Shown here piece by piece: positions 10,656 to 20,506 of a stretch of 64,000 nucleotides of DNA. The position numbers were made by a program, and so were the translations under genes. The notes below the pieces were generated by a model, which made no database searches, was not told the origin of the DNA, and saw nothing but the letters and a program-made list of their open reading frames with translations. Every line of letters begins with the position of its first letter. Positions within the stretch are counted from its first letter, which is position 1. This stretch comes from Crocinitomicaceae bacterium (GTDB lineage: Bacteria; Bacteroidota; Bacteroidia; Flavobacteriales_D; Crocinitomicaceae), in the NCBI GenBank assembly GCA_040379705.1, contig JBEIKR010000001.1, positions 13,973 to 77,972 of the forward strand, read 5' to 3'.

Positions 10656-11360
10656 TTAATGGATTGAAAATGCATTTGTAATTTTGTCTTTCTCTATTTC
10701 TGTTGCTTGACCACCATCGACTTTGATGACACGATCCGCATACGCCAACAAGCGTGGGTCATGGGTCACCACACAGACACTTTTACCACCTTTGGCCAGC
10801 GCTACCAACTCATTCATTACCGTTGAAATGGAAGAAGCATCGAGGGAAGCTGTTGGTTCATCACAAAGTATCAGTTTTGGATCAGTCACTAACGCCCGAG
10901 CGATTGCCACGCGTTGTTGTTGTCCCCCAGACAATTGCTTCGGCAAACTTTTCTTTCGGTCAAGCATTCCCACAAGGGCAAGTGCAGCTTCCGCTTTTCT
11001 TCTGGCTTCGGCTGCTGGCACCCTTTTCAGTTGCAGCGGCATCAAGACATTGTCGAACGAATTGAGTGGTGCGATGAGATTAAAACTTTGGAATACAAAT
11101 CCGATGGTATTTAAACGCAGGGAAGCCAATTGTTTTTGTGACATGTTATTCACCAATTGGTCATTCACATAAAGTTCGCCATAACTTGGGTAGATGACAC
11201 AACCAATGAGCGAGAGAAGGGTAGTTTTTCCCGATCCAGAGGGACCAATAATCAAAACCAGTTCTCCTTCATGGATTTCTAGGTCAACAGGTTTGAGTGC
11301 GACAATGGTCTGGTCGCCTACCTGGTATTCTTTTCCTACGCCGGTTAATCGTGCTATCAT
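10656..11360 (-). CDS. ABC transporter ATP-binding protein (MacB/LolD/DevA type)
   Basis: Walker A GPSGSGKTTLL, signature LSGGQQQRVAIARAL, Walker B LILCDEPTASLD and an H-loop VVTHD. Confidence 0.93.
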   Translation of the reverse strand: MIARLTGVGKEYQVGDQTIVALKPVDLEIHEGELVLIIGPSGSGKTTLLSLIGCVIYPSYGELYVNDQLVNNMSQKQLASLRLNTIGFVFQSFNLIAPLNSFDNVLMPLQLKRVPAAEARRKAEAALALVGMLDRKKSLPKQLSGGQQQRVAIARALVTDPKLILCDEPTASLDASSISTVMNELVALAKGGKSVCVVTHDPRLLAYADRVIKVDGGQATEIEKDKITNAFSIH

Positions 11361-11399
11361 GATTTTCTTAAAACAAGCTTAACGACTTTTTGTTTATAA

Positions 11400-11823
11400 A
11401 AAATTTTAATCTTGTAATAAAAGGAAGGGATAATAGACAAGGGACAATAGACAATAGACAAAGGACAATAGACAAAGGACAAAGGACACTTCTTCGCTCT
11501 GTGAGCTTCGAAGTTTGAAAGACAATGGACTCAATCTCACTCCGGTGGCTGAGGTGCGATAGCAGACTCGAAGCCACAAAGGATATTAAGATTTTAAGAT
11601 GTCAAGATTTTAAGACTTTGTTTAATCTTCGGTTGAGTCGATCTATGCTCTATGTTCCATGCTCAAAAAAAACAAAAGACACTTCTTCGCTCTTTGAGCT
11701 TCGAAGGACAAAGGATATCAAGATTTTAAGACTTTGTTCAATCTTCGGTTGAGGTGGTCCATGCTCTATGTTCAAAAAACAGACAAAGGACAAGGGACAA
11801 AAGACTAAAAGACTAAAAGAACC
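11400..11823. repeat. Composite intergenic repeat cluster of microsatellites, palindromic boxes and one REP-like hairpin
   Basis: It contains a GACAA(T/A)(A/G)-type microsatellite (about 11425-11486 and 11781-11820). The box CACTTCTTCGCTCT(G/T)TGAGCTTCGAAG occurs at 11487-11513 and 11680-11706. The hairpin GGTGGCTGAGG..CTCGAAGCCAC is at 11544-11577. AAGATTTTAAGA occurs several times. GACTTTGTT(T/C)AATCTTCGGTTGAG occurs at 11613 and 11729. Confidence 0.85.
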
Positions 11824-12738
11824 TCACTCTGCCATCGTATTGATGACGCTTTGCATATGATTCACAAGTGCTTGGATGCGTTGCTGCATGGCGATGAGTT
11901 CTTGCTGACGGGCAGTCATTTCCTTTTCCGCCTGAAGTACAATCTCCCAATCCTTTGAGCAGGAATAGATTTTCTGCTTTCCAGCAGCACTTGCATTGAA
12001 TTGTTCACTTGCCGTTTTCATTGCCTTGGCGATGTACATCAATTGTTCGCGTTCGGCAATCATGGCATTCATGTCGTTGTTGAGTTGGGTACACTTCTCT
12101 GTTTGTGTCGCATTGAACTTTCGGACAATATTGGCCACCTGCATTTCATAGCGACGAAAATTCCCATCCATGTAACCGCGTATTTTACCTAAAGTATCCA
12201 TGGCCTGTTTGAATTTAGACGCGTACATGTTCACATCGCAAAACTGAACGGTAGGAACTATTTTCGTGTTGATGTACTCATTTAGCAACGTGGCCTTCTC
12301 TACCGCCTCCTTGTTTTTTGACTCAATTTGAGCCACGAGGTCCTTTAAGTTTTTCTTCGTTTGCTTGAATTGCTTCCATTCTGCAGTTCCCGAAACGATT
12401 TGGGTTTTCCCCTTGGTATATTGGGTAAACTGCACATATTCCTGATTCACGGACTGTTCCAATTGAACCAATCCCGCCGTTGAAGCATCGACTTCCTTCA
12501 TCATGGTGTTTGCAGTGAGAAAGGGATCCTGGTTTTCAATACAGTTCAATCCCGCCATTTGCGCATGGAGATCTGCCAGCTGTTTTGTGAATGACTTGGT
12601 GTTGGCATAAAGTGGTTCAAACGAAGACTTCAACTGCTTATCGATGTCAGAAGTGGAATAATACACCTTGCAACTCGATAAGGAGAGTGCTGCGACGCAA
12701 ATCGAAAAAATAGTGTTCAAATGCTTGATTATCCTCAT
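11824..12738 (-). CDS. hypothetical coiled-coil lipoprotein
   Basis: I trimmed the ORF to the internal start MRIIKHLNTIFSICVAALSLSSC (lipobox), with the ATG at 12738. The rest is Q/K/E-rich helical sequence with no recognisable catalytic motif. The upstream 90 codons of the tracked ORF overlap the divergent gene and look non-coding. Confidence 0.55.
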   Translation of the reverse strand: MRIIKHLNTIFSICVAALSLSSCKVYYSTSDIDKQLKSSFEPLYANTKSFTKQLADLHAQMAGLNCIENQDPFLTANTMMKEVDASTAGLVQLEQSVNQEYVQFTQYTKGKTQIVSGTAEWKQFKQTKKNLKDLVAQIESKNKEAVEKATLLNEYINTKIVPTVQFCDVNMYASKFKQAMDTLGKIRGYMDGNFRRYEMQVANIVRKFNATQTEKCTQLNNDMNAMIAEREQLMYIAKAMKTASEQFNASAAGKQKIYSCSKDWEIVLQAEKEMTARQQELIAMQQRIQALVNHMQSVINTMAE

Positions 12739-12865
12739 AAATCTGGGTTTTAAGTCGGGTTGAAGATAGGAATAAAAACCAATTGCAAGGTTGCACAAAA
12801 GGGCTTTTGGCGTTATGCCGCACGTCCTTTGTGGTATGAGAAGTATAACCCCTAAACTAAAGACC

Positions 12866-13801
12866 ATGGAAAAAACAACTACCAACACCATCACGACTTT
12901 TTTCACTGAGAAACAAGTTTGCTTTGATTCCATTCGCGAACAATCGTTTTCACAATCACCCTTGAAGCCGTATCTGTTGATGTTGCGCTTGAATGATCTT
13001 GGGCTCAATGATTATTTTGATATCCGAGATGATTTCAAGCCCTTTGAAAAATCAGATTTTGAGATGGCACATACCCGCAACTACATTGACAATGTGTTTA
13101 ATAAAACAGGGAATTATGCCTCGAATGGTTTGCCTTGGTCTGAAAACCTGGTTGAAAGCTTGACCTACACTAACTCGGCACTGTATCACGCGATGCGTCA
13201 TGCGTATTTGAATCCGACGGAATTGTGCTTTGCACCAGTATCGGGAATGCACCATGCGATGCCGAATAGCGGATGTGGATTCTGCACCTTCTCAGGTCAG
13301 GTAATTGCATCTGTGAAACTATACGAAGAATTTGGTGCTGTAGGCGCTTGGCTCGATTTGGATGGTCACTTCGGGAATAGCATCGAAGACACGCGTTCGT
13401 TCAACCCGATCGTGGACAAAGCCATACCGCGCGACTGCAATATCAATCCATCCGGCAAGAACGACCACTATGTTGCTTATTTCAAAGAGCAATTGGCCAT
13501 TGTCGGTGAGAAAATCAAAAAGAACAAAGTGCATTATGTGGTCTTTGCACATGGCGCCGACAGCCACATCGACGACGATTTGGGTGGATACTGCGACACG
13601 GAACACTGGATTGAATGTGCTCAAGTGTTCTCTGATTGGGTAAATGAAATATCACTTGCAATCGGTCGGCCATTGCCTGTTACGATGGCACTTTTCGGTG
13701 GCTACCGCAAATCCAACTATAAAGCCGTGCTTGACTTACACATCGATTCATTGGCGACGTGTTTGATCAATATTGACAAAAGACCCGTCAGCCGCAGCTG
13801 A
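12866..13801 (+). CDS. histone deacetylase/acetoin-utilisation (arginase-deacetylase fold) family amidohydrolase
   Basis: It carries the HDAC-family motifs SGMHHA..GFC, DLDGHFGNS (Zn ligands D..D.H), GADSHIDDDLGG and FGGY (catalytic Tyr). The start is uncertain: ATG at 12866 (MEKTTT) or a later Met. The tracked start at 12791 overlaps the neighbouring ORF. Confidence 0.75.
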   Translation: MEKTTTNTITTFFTEKQVCFDSIREQSFSQSPLKPYLLMLRLNDLGLNDYFDIRDDFKPFEKSDFEMAHTRNYIDNVFNKTGNYASNGLPWSENLVESLTYTNSALYHAMRHAYLNPTELCFAPVSGMHHAMPNSGCGFCTFSGQVIASVKLYEEFGAVGAWLDLDGHFGNSIEDTRSFNPIVDKAIPRDCNINPSGKNDHYVAYFKEQLAIVGEKIKKNKVHYVVFAHGADSHIDDDLGGYCDTEHWIECAQVFSDWVNEISLAIGRPLPVTMALFGGYRKSNYKAVLDLHIDSLATCLINIDKRPVSRS

Positions 13802-13994
13802 CTGTAAGACAATCCTACTTCGCTCTTTGAGCTTCGAAGGATTTAAAAGACCCCGCCGCGGTGGACAATGCGCTGCGCTAAAAGACTTGTTCATTCTTCG
13901 TAAACCGGAGAACTAATCAAAAATTTCGTAACTCGTGGCTTCGAGTCTGCTATCGCACCTCAGCCACCAAAGTTCATAATTTGTAATTCGTAAC
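13802..13994. repeat. Composite intergenic repeat, related to 11487-11660, ending in a REP-like hairpin and a short heptad tail
   Basis: CTACTTCGCTCTTTGAGCTTCGAAG is at 13815-13839. GACTTGTTCATTCTTCG is at about 13884. GTGGCTTCGAGTCTGCTATCGCACCTCAGCCACC at 13935-13968 is the exact reverse complement of 11544-11577. It is followed by TTGTAATTCGTAAC. Confidence 0.85.
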
Positions 13995-14765
13995 TTATTT
14001 TAGCGCAGTGTTTATGGCCTCTTTCAGCGTCGGAATCGTGGTTGGACTAAAACCAGAGGTTTTGAACTGTAGAATGCCATCTCGTCCAATGACAAAGTGT
14101 GTAGGGAAAGACATCACCCCCATTTCGTTGGCGAATTGATCACCTGCAGCAAAAATACGGTAGTCGAAGGCATGATCTTTTAGGAATTTTTTCAAGTCTT
14201 TGACTTCGTCAAGAGCAATACCGAGGAATACGACATCCTTGCCATTGAATTCCATCACCACATGATTTAGTTCGGGCATTTCCATCGTGCATGGTTTGCA
14301 GGCGATGAACCAGAAGTTGATGACCACCACTTTTCCCTTGAAATCTGAAATTTTAACCTTGTTGCCTTTCATGTCTGTTAACACCCCATCAATAGGATGA
14401 TTTTTTTCTTCCGATGAAATTTCTTCCACAGGAATCATCATCTTGCTCATCATCTTTTTTTCTTCCTCTGACAACTTTCGAAAAACAAAGGCCTTTAGTT
14501 CCTTTTTGGCATTCACAAAAGGTTCCAAGGTGTATTCATTTGAAGAAAAATACTCCCCCAATTTCTCTGGTGCAACTTTGACTCCTTCAGCAGTAAAGAC
14601 AGGTGTTGTGACACCATCAATCATCATTGGTTGAGAGTGATCAATTTCTCCGGGTAATGCTGCGCGGAGACCTTCAAGGGATGTCACTTGAGAGAAGGAG
14701 ATTGCCGAAATTAAGACAAAAAATACTGCACAAATTATTTTATTAGGGCTGAAAGGGAAAATCAT
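13995..14765 (-). CDS. TlpA/ResA-like thiol-disulfide oxidoreductase (redoxin family)
   Basis: It has a signal peptide. The C-terminal thioredoxin fold carries GKVVVINFWFIACKPCTMEMPELN (CxxC) and ..SFPTHFVIGRDG. Confidence 0.8.
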   Translation of the reverse strand: MIFPFSPNKIICAVFFVLISAISFSQVTSLEGLRAALPGEIDHSQPMMIDGVTTPVFTAEGVKVAPEKLGEYFSSNEYTLEPFVNAKKELKAFVFRKLSEEEKKMMSKMMIPVEEISSEEKNHPIDGVLTDMKGNKVKISDFKGKVVVINFWFIACKPCTMEMPELNHVVMEFNGKDVVFLGIALDEVKDLKKFLKDHAFDYRIFAAGDQFANEMGVMSFPTHFVIGRDGILQFKTSGFSPTTIPTLKEAINTALK

Positions 14766-14776
14766 AATCAGGTTAT

Positions 14777-16681
14777 TTATTTAAAATCAAAAGTAAACTT
14801 GGCGTATTCAAAATACTCCTCTCTTTGTGGATTGCTTTTTAATTTAAGCTGTTTGACTAGGATTGTTTTATCTTCAATCCAAAAAAGGTCGTACGGAGCA
14901 AAGGAAAATTCTAGGTTTTCAAAAGACACACTAACGAATGGAAGCCACTTGCCGTTTATCAATGAATAAAGATTTAAAGTACCCATACTCTCCATTGCTC
15001 CGTAATCACCTTCCGCACAATACATTCCATTCGGAGAATACCTTGGAAATGAAAACATTGAAGAATCAATCGCCCCTGATTTACAGTCTATGAGCAATTG
15101 AACATATGCCTCTGATTCTTGATATTGCCGAACAATCCAACACTTTCGGTCCTCAGTTAGGCCGAAATAGGAATACGATTGCCATGGCTCTTCGCTATTT
15201 TTATATTCCAATTCCCTACCATTTTCAGGTTTCAAAACCAATTTATCACCTTGACGTTTCACCCCTTTACCAAATCTTTTTAGATAAACACCTTCAAGAT
15301 TGAAATCTTCATTCTCTTGACTCAATGTGAACGGATTTTCTTGAATGTTCTTTGCTGCATTGTAATATGTAGCCGAATCAATTTTTTGAACTTCTACACT
15401 TATTCCACCTTTTGCTAGCTCCACCCAGTAAGGATTACCATTCTCAATGGCGTGCATTTCCCCATACCCCCAATCATCAAGTGTATATCGCTCATAACCA
15501 AAGGTATTCAAATTGAATCTTGTTAATTCACGATCTGACAATGAGAAATAGTTTACCAAAAAAACATTTGGGTAATTGATTTTATCCTGTGACAATTCAG
15601 AAGGCAAGGAGTAGTGTGCAAATTTTGATAATGAATCCTTTGGACAGAGATAGTATTCAATTATTTGATAGCTGTCAGCCATAGTTGTACTACCTTCAAA
15701 CGACCTTGTTTTCAAGTCAAAAAATGAATTTTCACCTAGAACAAAAAGTCTATTAAATTCTTCGTTAAACACCGCCTTCTTTCTAACTGCATCTAAAAAA
15801 AATACCCTTGGAATAAATTCAAAAAAATTTCCTACGAAGCCTATTCCAAAGTCCAACTGACCGTCAAAATTAAAGTCTTCAAACCGCACTCCTAGATCTG
15901 AAACTATTTTTCCGTCTTTTTTGGAAAAACCGAAATCATCAATCTCGATTTTATAATGTTCAAGTGTGTCAGACGTGCTCGTTAATAAAAGAATTGCCTT
16001 ACCAATACATTCATTCTCTTCACCAGAATCCGTATCACAATTTTCACATTTAACAACTAATTTCCATTGTTCATTTCCTGTTATAACCTCAAATTCTTGT
16101 GTTTTCAAGAAATATTCTCGAGCAGATATCTGGTTTGGATTGTCCGCAAAAACACGGACGGGGTAGAAATCGGTTTTCTTAGCTATTTCCAGTGTCAACG
16201 GTCCCATCGCACTAGGACACTTTAATCGCTGAACAAAGGCGTCATGAAACTGCCTGTTTTCTCCAAAAGCCCACCAATTAAATTCTGGTTCTAGGTATTC
16301 AACCCTGGTTGGTGTTCCGGGCAAAATTGTTCGATTCTTTTTTTCAGCTACCCAATAGATTTTACCTCGACAAAAATCAATCAAGTTACTCAATTCGCGC
16401 TCATTTGGGACATGCCAACCCGTTGGAGCAATTCCTCTTGAATCGTTGACAGCATACCAGTTGTACCAAACCGAACCACCAACCTTCATGCAAGCCGGCT
16501 TACCTTTCAATGCATATGAGTTTGACTCCTCAACTGAATTAACGATTGGGATAAGATCGCCATTATTAAACCTTGTTACCGTCAAATCTTGTGTTGACAC
16601 GACTTGATTACCGATACGCACCTCTTGCGCAAATAACTCAAAACAAAATAAGAAGAGTAAAATAGGGAAAACGACCTTCAT
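14777..16681 (-). CDS. hypothetical secreted protein with an N-terminal FISUMP (Fibrobacter succinogenes major paralogous) domain
   Basis: I trimmed it to MKVVFPILLFLFCFELFAQEV (signal peptide, ATG at 16681). The N-terminus IGNQVVSTQDL..NGD.I....W.....KPACMKVGGSVWYNWYAV...GIAPTGWHVPNERELSNL matches the FISUMP pattern. The remaining 480 aa or so are unrecognised and AT-rich. Confidence 0.6.
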   Translation of the reverse strand: MKVVFPILLFLFCFELFAQEVRIGNQVVSTQDLTVTRFNNGDLIPIVNSVEESNSYALKGKPACMKVGGSVWYNWYAVNDSRGIAPTGWHVPNERELSNLIDFCRGKIYWVAEKKNRTILPGTPTRVEYLEPEFNWWAFGENRQFHDAFVQRLKCPSAMGPLTLEIAKKTDFYPVRVFADNPNQISAREYFLKTQEFEVITGNEQWKLVVKCENCDTDSGEENECIGKAILLLTSTSDTLEHYKIEIDDFGFSKKDGKIVSDLGVRFEDFNFDGQLDFGIGFVGNFFEFIPRVFFLDAVRKKAVFNEEFNRLFVLGENSFFDLKTRSFEGSTTMADSYQIIEYYLCPKDSLSKFAHYSLPSELSQDKINYPNVFLVNYFSLSDRELTRFNLNTFGYERYTLDDWGYGEMHAIENGNPYWVELAKGGISVEVQKIDSATYYNAAKNIQENPFTLSQENEDFNLEGVYLKRFGKGVKRQGDKLVLKPENGRELEYKNSEEPWQSYSYFGLTEDRKCWIVRQYQESEAYVQLLIDCKSGAIDSSMFSFPRYSPNGMYCAEGDYGAMESMGTLNLYSLINGKWLPFVSVSFENLEFSFAPYDLFWIEDKTILVKQLKLKSNPQREEYFEYAKFTFDFK

Positions 16682-16877
16682 GCACAATAGATATAATTTC
16701 AAAGGTAATATTTTATCAATAAATCTATTTGTAATGGCAAATAGCTTAAGTGAGATTATTGAAGGAAATAACCTAAAACAACTTTCTATCATATGAATGC
16801 TAAAAGAAACTCAATTTTTTGTTTTATATTGGTATCGTCAAACTACTACTAATGAATATCCTTGTTCGAGTTTACGC

Positions 16878-19859
16878 ATGATTGCAGCATATCGATATTT
16901 CCTGTTTCTGTGTATTTCTACCTTCTTACCCTGGTTCAATTTCGGCTTGGCTCAAGGGGATGATTGCGCGACTGCCCTTCAGTTAAACAATGTTTCGAAC
17001 TACTGTTCGGGAGCGGCATTTTACACCAATGTAGGTTCAACGGTAGGAACCTGGTCAAATCCTACATGTTTTGGCGCAACAAACACCGAAGATGTATGGT
17101 TTCAGTTTACAGCTACCGGAACAGATGCCTTAATTTCTGTTGGTGGTTCGGGCAATGGAGGTACTATGTTTAATCCTGCTGTTGCGATTTACAATGGAAG
17201 CTGCGTCACAACAGTCAATGAACAAGGATGTAATTCCGTAGCTGGTTCTGGAATAGTTCAACTCTATGAAGGGGCCATGATTCCAGGTACAGTCTATTAC
17301 ATTCGCGTTTCTACCACCCAAGCCAATGAGGGAACTTTCGAACTTTGTTTGAATAACTATACCCCTTCTGCCAATCCTGGCGCAGACTGCGGTGGTGCGG
17401 CTTTTCTGTGCAACCAAAGTCCTGTGAGTGTGGGAACCTTAAGTGGTGGTGGAGCGAACAATGATGAACCTGAATCGTCCACATGTCTTGAAAATGCGTT
17501 CGGAGCAGATGAGGGAAATTCCTCTTGGTTTTATTGGACCTGTGGAACAGCTGGAACATTTACCGTCGATATCACCCCCTTGAATCCAATGGATGACATC
17601 GACTTTATTGTGTACCAATTGAATACCACCAATCCATGTGGACCGCGCACGGTACTCCGCTGCAATTCTTCCTCTTGCCTCAATGTGAATGGCTCCACAG
17701 GATTAAGTTTAACCGATGTGAGCATTGTGGAAGATCCTAACTGTGATCCAGGTGAAAATGCCTATTGCCAGTTCATCAATATGACCGCTGGAACCACCTA
17801 TGCACTGCTTGTCAATAACTTCAGTGCCAACATGGGGTTCACTGTTAACTTTGGTGGAACTGGAACCTTTCAAGGTCCGAACCCGAATATCACTGCTGCC
17901 CCTGTAAGTATTTGTGCAGGAGGAACTGTTGCCTTCTCAGGTTCAACATCCGTGAATGTAGCTGGCGGACTCAACTGGAACTTCTCCAATGGTGGATCGC
18001 AAGCGAGTGCGGTTGGGAATGGCCCTCATTCGATCACATACGCCAATCCCGGTACCTATACCGCCATTTTGAATGGTACAGACTTCGCAGGTTGCACGGC
18101 CACAGAATCAGTGATTATCACCGTGAATCCAGGCCCCGCGGCACCTACCGTAAGCAATATCACGTATTGTCAAGGAGCAACGGCAGCGGCACTAACAGCT
18201 ACAGGGTCAAATCTTATGTGGTACACGGTTCCAACGGGGGGTATAGGAAGCGCGACTGCACCTACTCCATCGACAAGTACACCAGGAACGACAAGTTATT
18301 ACGTCTCCCAAGCGAGCAATGGGTGTGTAAGTCCTTTGGCACAAATTGATGTCATTGTTACACCACTACCTACCATGAACACGCCTATTGCTGAAGAAGT
18401 TTGTGCAGGAGTAGTCATTCCATCCATTACCTTTACAAGCGCGACCGCGGGCACCTCCTATACATGGATAAATGACAATCCATCCATTGGACTTGCAGCC
18501 AGTGGCAATTCAAATTTGCCTGCCTTTACCACAATGAATTCGACTGCAAATGATCAGGTTGCTGTGGTTTCCATTACACCAACCCTCGGGAATTGTGCCG
18601 GTTCACCGGTAACCTTTACCATTACCGTTCATCCCACACCCAACATCAATGCGGGTGCTGACCAAGCGCTTTGTTTAGGTGAAACAAGCACATTGCTGGC
18701 AACAGGAGGGAATTCCTATACTTGGGACAACGCTGTCACTAACGGAAATCCATTTTCACCAAGCGTAACAACCACGTATACCGTAACGGGTACCTCCTCA
18801 GACGGGTGTATTAATACTGATCAAGTGCAGGTGCTTGTAAATCCAATACCAACAGTATTTGCTGGAAATGATATTACGATTTGCACAGGCGCAAGTATTT
18901 CGTTGACAGGAAGCGGTGCAGACACTTACAGTTGGAATAATGGTGTGATCGATGGTGTATCATTTGTTCCAAGTAGCACAATTAGCACCTATACAGTTGT
19001 TGGGACTACTGCAGCAGGCTGCGAAAATACCGATGATGTCCTCGTTCAGTTCAGTAATACAGATGCTGTAACTTTCACCCCAGACATCACATTAGGCTGC
19101 TCTCCCCTCGTAGTCAACTTCACCAATACCACGACAAATTCAGTGGATTGTGCATGGACATTTAGTGATGGCAGTACGGTGAATGGCTGCGGAACGGTCA
19201 CCCATACCTTTATTGAGTATGGCTGCCATGACGTTGAATTGACCGTAACATTCGCGAATGGGTGCGTAAACAGCTTAAATCTGCCTAACCTCATCTGTGT
19301 CGAAGCGTCACCAATGGCTTCGTTCGTTGCAGTACCATCCGTTATTAATCAGTATGATTCGGAAACAAGTTTTCAGAACATGACGATTGGTGCGGTGAGT
19401 TATGTTTGGAACTTCGGAGATGGTTCATCCACTTCCACTGATATCAATCCAACGCATGATTATGCCGGAATGCCACTGGGTAATTATGAAGTCATACTAG
19501 TCGCTACTTCCCTTTCAGGATGCATCGATTCCGTGAGTTCAGTCATTCAGATCAAAGAAGATTTGGTGTTTTATATCCCGAATTGCTTTACACCAGATGA
19601 CGATGAACACAACCAATTCTTTCAGCCCATTTTTACCTCTGGATTTGACCCATTTGACTTTACCCTTCTCATATACAATCGTTGGGGTGAGTTGGTCTTT
19701 GAGTCACACGATGCAAAAGTTGGCTGGGATGGTGGTTACGGCGGTCAAAGTGAGATAAGCACAGTGCAAGATGGCATTTATACGTGGAAAATTGAGTTTA
19801 AGACAAGCGACACCGATGAACGAAAAATGGTCGTTGGGCATGTGAATGTTTTGCGGTAA
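16878..19859 (+). CDS. T9SS type B sorting-domain secreted protein with PKD and Ig-like modules
   Basis: I trimmed it to MIAAYRYFLFLCISTFLPWFNFGLAQG (signal peptide). It has two Cys-rich N-terminal domains, one YTWINDNPSIGLAASGNSNLPAF module, several ..TYTVTGTSSDGC.NTDQVQVLVNP modules and two PKD domains (WTFSDGSTV, WNFGDGSS). The C-terminus is YIPNCFTPDDDEHN...YNRWGELVFES..WDG...DGIYTWKI. Confidence 0.88.
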   Translation: MIAAYRYFLFLCISTFLPWFNFGLAQGDDCATALQLNNVSNYCSGAAFYTNVGSTVGTWSNPTCFGATNTEDVWFQFTATGTDALISVGGSGNGGTMFNPAVAIYNGSCVTTVNEQGCNSVAGSGIVQLYEGAMIPGTVYYIRVSTTQANEGTFELCLNNYTPSANPGADCGGAAFLCNQSPVSVGTLSGGGANNDEPESSTCLENAFGADEGNSSWFYWTCGTAGTFTVDITPLNPMDDIDFIVYQLNTTNPCGPRTVLRCNSSSCLNVNGSTGLSLTDVSIVEDPNCDPGENAYCQFINMTAGTTYALLVNNFSANMGFTVNFGGTGTFQGPNPNITAAPVSICAGGTVAFSGSTSVNVAGGLNWNFSNGGSQASAVGNGPHSITYANPGTYTAILNGTDFAGCTATESVIITVNPGPAAPTVSNITYCQGATAAALTATGSNLMWYTVPTGGIGSATAPTPSTSTPGTTSYYVSQASNGCVSPLAQIDVIVTPLPTMNTPIAEEVCAGVVIPSITFTSATAGTSYTWINDNPSIGLAASGNSNLPAFTTMNSTANDQVAVVSITPTLGNCAGSPVTFTITVHPTPNINAGADQALCLGETSTLLATGGNSYTWDNAVTNGNPFSPSVTTTYTVTGTSSDGCINTDQVQVLVNPIPTVFAGNDITICTGASISLTGSGADTYSWNNGVIDGVSFVPSSTISTYTVVGTTAAGCENTDDVLVQFSNTDAVTFTPDITLGCSPLVVNFTNTTTNSVDCAWTFSDGSTVNGCGTVTHTFIEYGCHDVELTVTFANGCVNSLNLPNLICVEASPMASFVAVPSVINQYDSETSFQNMTIGAVSYVWNFGDGSSTSTDINPTHDYAGMPLGNYEVILVATSLSGCIDSVSSVIQIKEDLVFYIPNCFTPDDDEHNQFFQPIFTSGFDPFDFTLLIYNRWGELVFESHDAKVGWDGGYGGQSEISTVQDGIYTWKIEFKTSDTDERKMVVGHVNVLR

Positions 19860-20506
19860 TAATAGAAATTTACTGATTTCATTTTGCTTAAAAGGAGATT
19901 GTAAAACTTTTCGAGTATCGATCCCTACTACAATTTTTCTGTCATTGGAGAAAGTTTTAAGAATTGACCATATTATTCTCGATTTAGTTCAAATTTCGGA
20001 ATAATTTAAATTTAGGGCCACACGGGCGAATACAAAATCATTGAATACCCCATGATGACAACAAAGCCGGATCAAACTGAATAAATCCATGAAATTCGAC
20101 GTTCATGTTAAATATATAAACTAAATGGGAATCAACACAAATTGTTTCTATTATTTGAAATAGTATAGATTTTACCAAGGTTAAACTATTTAATGTGGTT
20201 GATTCTTGTCCTCAAAAAACATTGGAATACCTAGGATTAAAATCCTATAAACCCGTGGTTGAAACTAGGGGCTTGGAGAGAAGATTTGTTCTCATCTCAA
20301 ATACCTCCCTAACTTCTTGTTATTAGCCCTACTAATTTCATCAAATTCTGAATCCCTTAAAAAATACAATTCAAGATAGGGGATTTTTTTGGCTTTGAAC
20401 AAATCGTTCTGGAATCTATTGCACATATTCAAACAACAATCAACCGAGCGCGTTTACACAAAAGAATAATCACCAATATGGAGAACAAGGTGGATTCTTC
20501 ATGGTA

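Noticed and set aside
11368-11752. ORFs 11368-11577 (-) and 11525-11752 (+) in the intergenic repeat cluster
   Set aside because: They are composed of microsatellite and palindromic-box sequence, their translations are low-complexity, and they overlap each other on opposite strands.
11400-11823. Possible CRISPR array, also considered for 59446-59591 and 40834-40927
   Set aside because: The repeat units are only 7-27 bp, are contiguous or separated by other repeats rather than by unique 25-40 bp spacers, and are degenerate. There are no cas genes in the window.
12739-13008. N-terminal extensions of tracked ORFs: 12739-13008, 16682-16792, 16797-16877, 46099-46191, 53659-53742, 59521-59604 and 62454-62585
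   Set aside because: In each case an internal start gives a proper signal peptide, lipobox or conserved N-terminus. The extension overlaps a neighbouring gene or repeat DNA.
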